Assembly: GCF_014695975.1 (NCBI RefSeq)
Contig: NZ_JACJPI010000082.1
Location: 56,568-88,567 of the forward strand
Length of the DNA stretch: 32,000 nt
Origin: Leptolyngbya sp. FACHB-321
GTDB taxonomy: Bacteria > Cyanobacteriota > Cyanobacteriia > Leptolyngbyales > Leptolyngbyaceae
Direction: 5' to 3'
Position numbers and translations under genes: made by a program. Positions 1-8,800 of this stretch are shown here, one piece after another (position 1 is the first letter of the stretch; every line of letters begins with the position of its first letter). The notes under the pieces are model-generated. The model was not told where the DNA came from and did no database searches. It saw only the letters and a program-made list of their open reading frames with translations.

Positions 1-2
1 AT

Positions 3-860
3 CTGAGAAAAGAGTTTCCCAATGTCAAAGGCTTCTCACGCTCTAACCTGTCATATATGAAGGCTTTTGCTGAAGCTTATCCAGATGATGCAATTGTCCA
101 GCGCAGCGTTGGACAATTACCTTGGCGGTATAACATCGCTCTGATTGATAAGCTTAAAACTCAGGAACAACGCCTTTGGTACGCCGAGAAAACAGTGGAG
201 AATGGCTGGAGTCGGGACATTCTTGTCTATCAAATCGAAAGCAATCTGTTTCAACGGCAAGGGGGAGCCATTACCAACTTTGACCGTACTTTACCCCAAG
301 CACAATCTGACTTAGCTAAGCAGTTAGTCAAAGATCCTTATAGTTTTGAGTTTCTCCCATTACAAGAGAATGCCCAAGAACGAGAACTTGAGCAGTCGCT
401 AGTTACGCATATTCGTGACTTTCTGATGGAATTAGGAGTTGGGTTTTCTTTTGTCGGTAGCCAGTATTACCTTGAGGTTGACGGGGAAGCTTACTATCTG
501 GACTTGCTCTTTTACCACCTTAAGTTGCGCTGTTTCATCGTCATTGACTTAAAAATGGGCGAGTTTCAACCCGAGTACTCTGGCAAAATGAATTTCTATG
601 TCTCAGCAGTAGACGATCTGCTACGGCACTCGACTGACAATCCAACGATTGGGCTGATCCTCTGCAAGTCCAAGAGCAAGACAAAAGCAGAGTACGCCCT
701 ACGCAACCTGAATACCCCAATAGCTGTAACAACTCACCGATTACCAAAGTCACTCAAAGAGAATCTGCCAACAGTGGAGCAGTTAGAGATAGAGATGAAT
801 GCTGCCATTTCTGAACTAGCAGGGCAAGCCAAGCCGAAGTCGGACACAGCCGACAAGTAG
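3..860 (+). CDS. PD-(D/E)XK nuclease, YhcG/DUF1016-like; 5' end cut by the window edge
   Basis: The frame is open from nt 3 (LRKEFPNVKGFSRSNLSYMKAFAEAYPDD...), so the ATG at 57 is probably internal. A helical N-terminal part is followed by a nuclease core ...YYLDLLFYHLKLRCFIVIDLKMGEF... (D...IDLK type motif). This fits my memory of the DUF1016 family. Stop TAG 858-860. Confidence 0.8.
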   Translation: MRKEFPNVKGFSRSNLSYMKAFAEAYPDDAIVQRSVGQLPWRYNIALIDKLKTQEQRLWYAEKTVENGWSRDILVYQIESNLFQRQGGAITNFDRTLPQAQSDLAKQLVKDPYSFEFLPLQENAQERELEQSLVTHIRDFLMELGVGFSFVGSQYYLEVDGEAYYLDLLFYHLKLRCFIVIDLKMGEFQPEYSGKMNFYVSAVDDLLRHSTDNPTIGLILCKSKSKTKAEYALRNLNTPIAVTTHRLPKSLKENLPTVEQLEIEMNAAISELAGQAKPKSDTADK

Positions 861-919
861 AACACAGTTAAGTTCCAACGGCGATCATAGCGAGATGTCA
901 ATCATGTGCCAGTTGAGAG

Positions 920-947
920 TGTCAAACAAACGGTCGTTTGATTGACA
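920..947. promoter_or_regulatory. 28-bp near-perfect palindrome (12+4+12), candidate res/crossover site of the adjacent serine recombinase; alternatively the terminator hairpin of the upstream gene
   Basis: tgtcaaacaaac-ggtc-gtttgattgaca has one A/A mismatch. Further TGTCAAT-type half-sites occur at about 896 and 1013, all within 200 bp upstream of the recombinase start. Resolvase res subsites are TGTC-initiated 12-bp inverted half-sites, and site I is 28 bp. A short T run (gtttt) follows, so a terminator is also possible. Confidence 0.35.
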
Positions 948-1090
948 GTTTTCACCTCTTACCCGAAACAACCCAAAAGCTCACTTTCAGGTTGACCGGA
1001 GTGTAAATTAACTTGTCAATGAATCTATGTATCAGAATCACTCAGTTTTAATGAGTTCTGAGACAATAACAGTACCTTAGAACTTCCTTT

Positions 1091-1660
1091 ATGCTCATTG
1101 GGTACGAACGGGTCTCGACCGACGACCAAAACATGGCGTTGCAACATGATGCGCTACAAGCCGTAGGATGCGAAAAAATTTTCGCTGACAAGATGAGTGG
1201 TGCGAAAGCTGATCGCCCTGGGTTAAAAGAAGCCCTTGAGTTTGCCAGGCAGGGAGACACGCTCGTGGTCTGGCGACTTGATCGCTTAGGGCGCTCGCTC
1301 AAAGACTTGATGGCTCTAATCGAGGGGTTGGAGCAGCGCCACATTGGCTTTCGCTCGTTGCAGGAAAGTATTGATACCACGAGTAGCGGCGGTAAGTTAA
1401 TCTTTCACATGTTTGGAGCATTGGCAGAGTTTGAGCGCAACTTGATACAGGAGCGCACACAGGCTGGCTTGCAAGCGGCGAGAGCCCGGGGACGGAAAGG
1501 TGGACGGCAGCCCAAGCTCACATCGCAGCAAATTGACGTTGGACGAGCGTTGGCAACCGATCCAAAGCGCTCTGTGACTTCAATTTGTGCACATTTAGGT
1601 ATTAGCCGCCCGACGTACTACCGCTACATTGCTCCAACAGTTGTGTTGCAAAAATGGTAG
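1091..1660 (+). CDS. serine recombinase (resolvase/invertase family)
   Basis: MLIGYERVSTDDQ (catalytic Ser), ...DTLVVWRLDRLGRSLKDL..., ...LIFHMFGALAEFERNLIQERTQAGL..., and a C-terminal HTH SVTSICAHLGISRPTYYRYI. At 189 aa it has the typical size. Confidence 0.93.
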   Translation: MLIGYERVSTDDQNMALQHDALQAVGCEKIFADKMSGAKADRPGLKEALEFARQGDTLVVWRLDRLGRSLKDLMALIEGLEQRHIGFRSLQESIDTTSSGGKLIFHMFGALAEFERNLIQERTQAGLQAARARGRKGGRQPKLTSQQIDVGRALATDPKRSVTSICAHLGISRPTYYRYIAPTVVLQKW

Positions 1661-1822
1661 GGTGAGGAGACTTATTTCCTCTGACCTCAATCTAAATAAC
1701 AGCGCCATCCCTGTTTCAGTGGAGACATGGCTTGCCAGAGCTGCTCGTGCTGCCTGTGCGGTGGTACTGTCGCTAGCCTTTAAGCGACCGGGCTCTAAAA
1801 CTGCTCAAGCAGAGAGAGTGTA

Positions 1823-2950
1823 ATGATGAATTCTACTAGTGCTGTCCTTCTCGAGTTTGACTCCCAACTGAACCAGCTCAGCAAGGGCAAAAAACTCCAC
1901 GATGGGTTATCAGTCGTGGTGCAAATTGGTCCGACGCTTTGGGTGGCAAACGATGAAACAATCAGCGTAGAGCGCCTTTCTCGTCAAGAAGCTGCTGATG
2001 GCAATTGCAAGTATGGCGATCACAAACAGTTCGCGCTGCAGGACTATCTTCAGCTTCCCGTCCCGCCTTCTGGCTCCAAGGATGGGAAAAAGATTGAAGA
2101 GGCAGACATAGAAGGGCTTGCTTACGACAGTGGCTATCTTTGGTTGGTCGGTTCCCACAGCCTGAAACGTAGCAAACCAGATCCAGAAGACTCGAGCGCT
2201 AAAAGCATCAAGCACTTAGCAAAGGTGAGTCGCGACGGTAACCGCTTTCTGCTAGCGCGTATCCCTGTAGCCGAAGAAACCTACACCTTAGAGAAGGCGG
2301 TGAAGCAGAACGGCAAGCAGCTAACGGCTGCTCAGTTACACGGCAAGCAAACCGGCAACGCTTTAACCACTGCCTTGGCAAAAGACAAACACTTGCAGTC
2401 CTTCTTAGCGATTCCCGGTAAGGATAATGGCTTTGACATTGAAGGACTGGCTGTTTTAGGAAACCGCATCTTCCTTGGACTGCGGGGTCCTGTACTACGG
2501 GGTTGGGCGGTCATGCTTGAACTAGAGGTTGAGGAAAAGAGTCCCTCAAGCTTAAAGCTGAGGAAGATTGGGACCGGTAAGCGACCCTACCGAAAGCATT
2601 TCCTTAACTTAAACGGACTCGGCATCCGTGACTTGTGCGTCCAAGAGGCGGACCTACTGATTCTGGCCGGTCCAACGATGGACCTTGATGGCCCTGTGAT
2701 GCTCTTCAGGTGGTCAGGGGGTACCCAACCAAGCGGGGAAAGTCTGGTTGATGGTGATGCGTTGGACACCATCATGAACATTCCACGCGGACAAGGTCAG
2801 GAGCAACGGCAAGACCATGCAGAGGGTATGACCCTCTTCGGCCCAAACGGCAGCGATACTTGCTCCCTCCTTGTCGTCTACGACTCTGCGTCTGCAAGTC
2901 GTCAAGTCGGGACTAGCGGCGTTAAGGCCGATGTCTTTGCGTTGCTTTGA
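1823..2950 (+). CDS. hypothetical protein, possibly DUF3616-family (beta-rich)
   Basis: A 375-aa ORF with coding-like composition. Repeated ...IEGLA... motifs (ADIEGLAYDSGYLWLVGSHS; GFDIEGLAVLGNRIFLGLRGP) recall DUF3616 proteins. The family call is from memory only. Confidence 0.7.
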   Translation: MMNSTSAVLLEFDSQLNQLSKGKKLHDGLSVVVQIGPTLWVANDETISVERLSRQEAADGNCKYGDHKQFALQDYLQLPVPPSGSKDGKKIEEADIEGLAYDSGYLWLVGSHSLKRSKPDPEDSSAKSIKHLAKVSRDGNRFLLARIPVAEETYTLEKAVKQNGKQLTAAQLHGKQTGNALTTALAKDKHLQSFLAIPGKDNGFDIEGLAVLGNRIFLGLRGPVLRGWAVMLELEVEEKSPSSLKLRKIGTGKRPYRKHFLNLNGLGIRDLCVQEADLLILAGPTMDLDGPVMLFRWSGGTQPSGESLVDGDALDTIMNIPRGQGQEQRQDHAEGMTLFGPNGSDTCSLLVVYDSASASRQVGTSGVKADVFALL

Positions 2951-3392
2951 TCTTTCGATCAGAATAGGCTGCAAAGCTAGACAAGCCAGTCTTCTAGCCG
3001 CCCTCCCAACCATTAACTTTTTTGTAATAGTTAATGAGTAGGAGAGGGAACAAGAGGCGAGCGTCGGGTTGTGCACTGGCACTATGCAAAAGCGGCCGTT
3101 TTTTAACACCCCTTCCAGATCAGAAACAACCGCTGATATCCTGATCGCCGAGGTTGAGGTATTCAAGGAGCCGGAATGAGACTTCCGCCAAGATGCCATC
3201 GGTACCCCTGCGATCAACAGGGTGGAGAATAGCGGGTCAGCACGATCCGTGCTGACCGAACCGCAGCTGCGACTCGACAGTGAACTCACCTCACAAACAA
3301 CCTCTTGACGGTCGGTGTGCCTTGGCATTGTTCAGGCTAACAGCGATTCGCTCTTCCCACAGTAGGTTGGATTGAGCTTTATTGCTTTAGCT

Positions 3393-3854
3393 TTAAGAGT
3401 TAATGGCAAAAATAATACAAACAGCAATGCTCAGAGTGGCATAACTTATTGAATTTATCAGTACGACACATAAGAGTAAACGTTGAAGATGAAATTTTTG
3501 TTGGTAACCCCTTAAGACAATAAATTCAATCCCAATACTTAAAAAATAGGCAATAGAAAAGCCTGCGATCAGGACGGGAAAGAAGTATGCATTTCCATCT
3601 ACTACTCCTGAAGGGTAAAGAGCCTCTATAAAGATGAGGGGGGCTGTGAGTAAAGATCCGGCAATTGAGGACCAAACATTTGCCCAAATAACGAGTAGAA
3701 AAGCTCTTAAGCAAGAGACTTTCTGAAAGACTTTGAAGACAGTGATTTCTGCTAACAATACTGGAATTTCCACAGGTGTTAACGGAACAATTTCTCCCGT
3801 CCATAAAGGTGGAAATATAATATTGGCAAGAGTATATGAGCTTTCAATCCACAT
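3393..3854 (-). CDS. small polytopic membrane protein, unknown function
   Basis: A 153-aa ORF with 4-5 hydrophobic segments (…LLVIWANVWSSIAGSLL…, …FFPVLIAGFSIAYFLSIGIEFIVL…, …LLLCVVLINSISYATLSIAVCIIFAI). It sits in a markedly AT-rich stretch. Confidence 0.55.
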   Translation of the reverse strand: MWIESSYTLANIIFPPLWTGEIVPLTPVEIPVLLAEITVFKVFQKVSCLRAFLLVIWANVWSSIAGSLLTAPLIFIEALYPSGVVDGNAYFFPVLIAGFSIAYFLSIGIEFIVLRGYQQKFHLQRLLLCVVLINSISYATLSIAVCIIFAINS

Positions 3855-4043
3855 AGCGCTTATTTTTTGGGCGAACTAAGCCAAGATTACAGCATAGAAA
3901 TTGTGTTCTATAGCAGGAATGAGTATGTAACTTTACTGTTAGGATTTAAGCCATCTGACGATTCCGTTCACCCGCCACTAGTAACTTCTTGGGCTCAGCC
4001 AAACTAACTTTAAGCAGTCAGTGTGCAACGGACTTGTTAGACC

Positions 4044-4901
4044 TTAATCTTGCAGAAACGACACGATCGCTTGTCTTCCCTCCTCAAGCGCTTTGCTGAA
4101 TCGAATAGATCCCCAAAAGTAATGCCCTGCCATTGTTTTCTTTCCCCACACTGCTTCACCAATACAAACATCTTCTTGCGCAGATCTGAGCTTCAAAACG
4201 ACGCAGTCACTTCCGATGTAGTTACGACCTAATCTTTTGACATTATGAATTGCTCTAATCTTTGAAATCGGAAATTCAATAGTTTTGGATGTTAGTAGAC
4301 CCTGTTGAGTGACGCGAACCGAATCTCTCGTCTTATCGAACTCACATCGATAAATGCGTTGATTGACCAGACGTTGATAGGCAATTACGAACATGACGAT
4401 TGAAAACATAAACCAGAAACCATTGCTGACTGGTTCATTTAAGTGCAACCAGGCTACTGACCGAATTTGTACCGAGGTTTGAGTCGGATCGTTCAGAAAT
4501 CTTTGAATTTTAGTAGTAGCAGAGTCGGCGACAGTTGACGGACGGTTGACTAACCAAATTTCACCGCTCTGTGTTTCTACAACCGTTATATGGGTAGAGC
4601 TGCCCCCGTTCGATTTTCCACGGCGAAAACCACCGCTAGACTCATCTCTAATACCTTTGATGCTAATGGGTTGTTCAATCCGCCAATTGCCCAGCATATG
4701 TCGGATAACTTTGCATTGCCTTAAAGCTCCGTCACGTCGGCAGCTTATCTCTGGCGTAATTGTGGCAGTTAACATCGACACTACACCAAGGAGTAAGAAA
4801 CAACCGATCGCGAGCCGTTCGCCCGTTTGACGCTGTTGCGTAACGAGGTGAGTCGTAGTTTGCTTCAAAATCCTCATAGCCAATGTTAGTCTTTCACCCA
4901 C
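4044..4901 (-). CDS. membrane protein built from two copies of a TM helix + beta-rich module; unknown function
   Basis: A 285-aa ORF (GTG 4901; alternative ATG 4877). TM helices are LAIGCFLLLGVVSMLTATI and GFWFMFSIVMFVIAYQRLV. Each is followed by a similar roughly 100-aa segment ending ...IQRFLND / ...IVSFLQD. Confidence 0.55.
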   Translation of the reverse strand: MGERLTLAMRILKQTTTHLVTQQRQTGERLAIGCFLLLGVVSMLTATITPEISCRRDGALRQCKVIRHMLGNWRIEQPISIKGIRDESSGGFRRGKSNGGSSTHITVVETQSGEIWLVNRPSTVADSATTKIQRFLNDPTQTSVQIRSVAWLHLNEPVSNGFWFMFSIVMFVIAYQRLVNQRIYRCEFDKTRDSVRVTQQGLLTSKTIEFPISKIRAIHNVKRLGRNYIGSDCVVLKLRSAQEDVCIGEAVWGKKTMAGHYFWGSIRFSKALEEGRQAIVSFLQD

Positions 4902-4927
4902 GAACTTCCACGCAGCAGGAGTCTAAC

Positions 4928-4998
4928 GATGAATAGACGGAAGGTTTCTGCCTAAGATCTCAAATCAGATGAATAGGCGGCAAGTTTCTGCCGATCTC
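4928..4998. repeat. two imperfect 31-34-bp direct repeats in a divergent intergenic region
   Basis: gatgaatagacggaaggtttctgcctaagatctc (4928-4961) versus gatgaatagg cggcaagtttctgccgatctc (4968-4998). Confidence 0.6.
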
Positions 4999-5011
4999 TC
5001 CTAGCTTACTG

Positions 5012-5048
5012 GACTAGAACTGACCTCAAGCACCGTTCAGTTCTAGTC
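5012..5048. other. 12-bp perfect inverted repeat (hairpin), 13-nt loop
   Basis: gactagaactga (5012-5023) pairs with tcagttctagtc (5037-5048). Confidence 0.6.
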
Positions 5049-5407
5049 TGCAACACCGATGCTCTCGTGCCTGTAGGCTCCGATGCACAAGCTAGGATGC
5101 CGCTGCTGTCGTTGGTTAGCTGCGGGTGGCAGCAACGGGGCAGAGAGGGGGGAAAGGTAAAAGGCGATGAAGTAAGGGTTTGAGGGCTTGTGTCAGTTTG
5201 CAGCTGGCTTGGAGTAGGAAGAGTGATCGCATGGTTAGCCAAGCTTATGAATGGGCTTCTAGAAGCTGCCTCTTTTCTAGCCCTACGATACAGGTGAACG
5301 CCAAACCGTCTTAAATTGAGCCATTCGCGAGACCGCTGCGGCAATGGGGCACTAACAAGCAAAATTTTCTCTGGTATAACTAAAATCAACGCTCAGGAGT
5401 AGAAATC

Positions 5408-5794
5408 ATGGATCCAATGACACTCATTTTGACGGCGCTGGTTGCAGGGACAGCTAAAGCAGCGGGCGATGCGGCTCCAGATGCCTACAAAGGGTTGAAA
5501 GCACTGATTCAGAAGAAGTTTGCCAGTCAACCCAAACCAGAAGCGGACAAGGCAGCGATGGTACTGGAAGAACATGAGAAAGACCCAGAAACCTATGAGG
5601 CGGCGCTGAAGAAAAAGTTGACGGAGGCCGAGGTGGACAAAGATGCTGCAGTGGTTGAGAAGGCTCAAGAATTGCTGCAGGTTTTAGACCCCCAAGGGAC
5701 AGCAAGTGGTACCTACAATACAACCGTTGCAGGCGATGTCTACGGTGTGGCGGGTCGAAACGAAGGCACTGTGAATCAAACGTTCAACAAGTAA
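5408..5794 (+). CDS. small helical Bell/HeLo-like protein with a C-terminal amyloid-signalling-type motif (module 1)
   Basis: AGGAG lies 9 nt upstream of the ATG. The N-terminal hydrophobic helix is MDPMTLILTALVAGTAKAAG, the middle is charged and helical (…EHEKDPETYEAALKKKLTEAEVDKDAAVVEKAQELL…), and the tail is …DVYGVAGRNEGTVNQTFNK. The tail is repeated at the N-terminus of the next gene. Confidence 0.75.
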   Translation: MDPMTLILTALVAGTAKAAGDAAPDAYKGLKALIQKKFASQPKPEADKAAMVLEEHEKDPETYEAALKKKLTEAEVDKDAAVVEKAQELLQVLDPQGTASGTYNTTVAGDVYGVAGRNEGTVNQTFNK

Positions 5795-5807
5795 CTGGGT
5801 AAAGAGA

Positions 5808-8800
5808 GTGGGTATGTCAGATGAGGGTGCGGCAAACAGCGTTCACGCCAAGGATGTCTATGGTGTGGCTGGAGACAACCGAGGAACGATTATTCAAAAT
5901 TTCGTTTCTCAGGAAGCTGAAGTTAAGATTCAAAGTCGCCCACTCATCAAAGGTTCTCCTTACCTGGGGTTGGAAAAATTTGCACCGGACGATAAAGATA
6001 AGTTTTTTGGGCGAGAGCAATGGATTACTGCTTTAAGCCATGCTCTCTTAGCCGAAAACCACAATGTCTTGCTCCTACTCGGTGCCTCTGGCAGTGGTAA
6101 ATCATCGCTGATTGGAGCCGGACTCATTCCTAAGCTGAAAGATGATTGGGGTGCCTTTAAGAATCTGACGTTTGTCCCCGATGAGAACCCCTTTCAGTCT
6201 CTGCATAGCTGCTTGAGTAGTTTGTATGGGCAAGCCAAGGCGAAGATTGCGCAACCAGACGCTCAAATGCATAAGGCAGGGACGCTGGTGCGAGTAGTGG
6301 AAGCGCTGAAGCAGGAGCAGCAGTGGCTGATTTTTATTGATCAGTTTGAAGAGCTCTTTACTAGAACCCCGGAAACTGAACGTCATCGGTTTGTGAGGGA
6401 GCTGGTGCAACTGATTCAAGCCTCTCAGCAGGACAACTCGCTCAAAATTGTGCTGACGATGCGGGCTGACTTTCTAGATCGGTTGAGTCCTTATCCAGCG
6501 CTGGGCTTGCTTCATGATCGCCGTAGTCGGATGCTGACGGATATGAGCGATGGCGAGTTAACGCTAGCGATCAAGGAGCCTGCAGCGCGGAATGGCGTTG
6601 TGTTTGAGCCAGGCTTGATCGAGGCGATCATCGCTGATTACAGGGCAGGAGCAGGTTCGCTGCCCCTGTTGCAATACACGCTGGATTTGCTGTGGCAAAA
6701 CGACGATGTGAGTGATCGCGTCCTCAATCGGCAAACCTATGAAAACCTTGGCGGGGTCACAGGCGCACTGCAAACGCAAGCAAACAAAATCTATGGAGAA
6801 CTGGATGAAAAACAGCAAGAGGCCGTTAAAAAAATCTTTTTTGAATTAATCGACTTAGCCAATGATCAGCCCGTGAGCCGACGCACCCCTAAAGCGCTCT
6901 TTTGCGATGGAGGAACGCAACAAACTGTTCTGGAAACACTGATTGAGAAACGCTTGCTGGTCAGCCGTGGGGAAGGGCAGCAAGCCACCATTGAGGTCGC
7001 TCATGAGGCTTTGCTGAGAACCTGGGAAGTGTTGCAACAATTGATTCAAGACCGGAAAGACATCATTATCTTGAGAGGTCAATTGATTGCTGACGCGAAG
7101 CTGTGGCGGGCACGACGGGCAGAGAGTGAGCAAACAGCCAGGGGCGATCTCTGGAGCGGGTGGAAGCTCGATCGAGTGCTGGATTTGCAAACAAAACAAG
7201 TGCTGGATCGCCTCGACCCAGACATTCAAGCCTTTGTCGAAGCTAGCCATACCTGGCGCGATCATCAGGCGCAAAAAGATCGTCAAATCGCCCGCCGCAT
7301 TACTGTAGGCAGCAGCATCTTTGCTGGCTTGATGGCAACGGCAGCCATCTTCTCTGCCATTCAGGCAAGACAGGCAGAGATTGAGCAAATTCAAACGTTC
7401 GTGGCACTTTCAACGGCGAAACTTGCCAACGATCAAACTTTAGAAGCAGGTATTGAAAGTATCCGGGCTGGAAAAGCGCTGCAACGATCATTCTGGCAGC
7501 AGTCCTTCTGGTCAGCATTTTTGCCCGATTCTCGACTGCGGCTGCCCGTCTTAAGACAATTACAACAGATGGCCAATACTGGGCAAGAGCGGCAGCGCCT
7601 CGAAGGCCATCAAGGGCTTGTCTCTAGAGTGTTGTTCAGCCCTGATGGCCAGCAACTCGCTACCAGTGGATACGACGGCACCGCACGCCTGTGGGACACC
7701 AACGGCAAGCCACTCGCCACCCTCCAAGGTCATCAAGGGCCTGTCCTTAACGTGGTGTTCAGCCCCGATGGTAAGCAACTCGCTACCAGTGGAGTTGACG
7801 GCACCGCACGCCTGTGGGACACCAACGGCAAGCCACTCGCTACCCTCCAAGGTCATCAAGGGTTTGTCTCTAGCGTGGTGTTCAGCCCCGATGGTCAGCA
7901 ACTCGCTACCAGTGGATACGACGGCACCGCACGCCTGTGGGACACCAACGGCCAGCCACTCGCTACTCTCAAAGGCCATCAAGGGCGTGTCTCTAGCGTG
8001 GTGTTCAGCCCCGATGGTCAGCAACTCGCTACCAGTGGCGACGACGGCACCGCACGCCTGTGGGACACCAACGGCAAGCCCATCGCTGCCCTCAAAGCTC
8101 ATCAAGGGTTTGTCTCTAGCGTCGTGTTCAGCCCCGATGGTCAGCAACTTGCTACCAGTGGCGAAGACGGCACCACACGCCTGTGGGACACCAACGGCCA
8201 GCCCATCGCTACCCTCCAAGGCCATCAAGGGACTGTCTGGAGCGTGGTGTTCAGCCCCGATGGTCAGCAACTCGCTACCAGTGGAGCTGACGGCACCGCA
8301 CGCCTGTGGGACACCAACGGCCAGCCCATCGCTACCCTCCAAGGCCATCAAGGGCTTGTCGATAGCGTGGTGTTCAGCCCCGATGGCCAGCAACTCGCTA
8401 CCCATGGCGAAGACGGCACCACACGCCTGTGGAACACCAACGGCCAGCCTATCGCTGCCCTCAAAGGCCAGCAAGGGCGTGTCTCTAGCGTGGTGTTCAG
8501 CCCCGATGGTCAGCAACTCGCTACCCATGGCGAAGACGGCACACCACGCCTGTGGGACACCAACGGCCAGCCTATCGCTGCCCTCAAAGGCCATCAAGGG
8601 CGTGTCTCTAGCGTGTTGTTCAGCCCCGATGGCCAGCAACTCGCTACCAGTGGCGAAGACGGCACCGCACGCCTGTGGGACACCAACGGCAAGCCCATTG
8701 CTACCCTCAAAGGCCATCAAGGGCGTGTCTCTAGCGTGTTGTTCAGCCCCGATGGCCAGCAACTCGCTACCAGTGGCGAAGACGGCACCGCACGCCTGTG

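Noticed and set aside
3235-3257. A perfect 10-bp hairpin ggtcagcacg-atc-cgtgctgacc
   Set aside because: There is no adjoining T/A tract on either strand, and it is 136 nt from the nearest gene end. I could not support a terminator or RNA call.
2714-3328. A 204-aa minus-strand ORF overlapping the end of the DUF3616-like gene
   Set aside because: It overlaps a better-supported gene and has Ser/Arg/Cys-rich, non-protein-like composition. No motifs are visible.
5006-5723. Minus-strand ORFs (127, 91 and 89 aa) around and opposite Bell-like ORF 1
   Set aside because: Their composition is low-complexity or Pro/Ser/Arg-rich. Two overlap the well-supported plus-strand ORF with its RBS.
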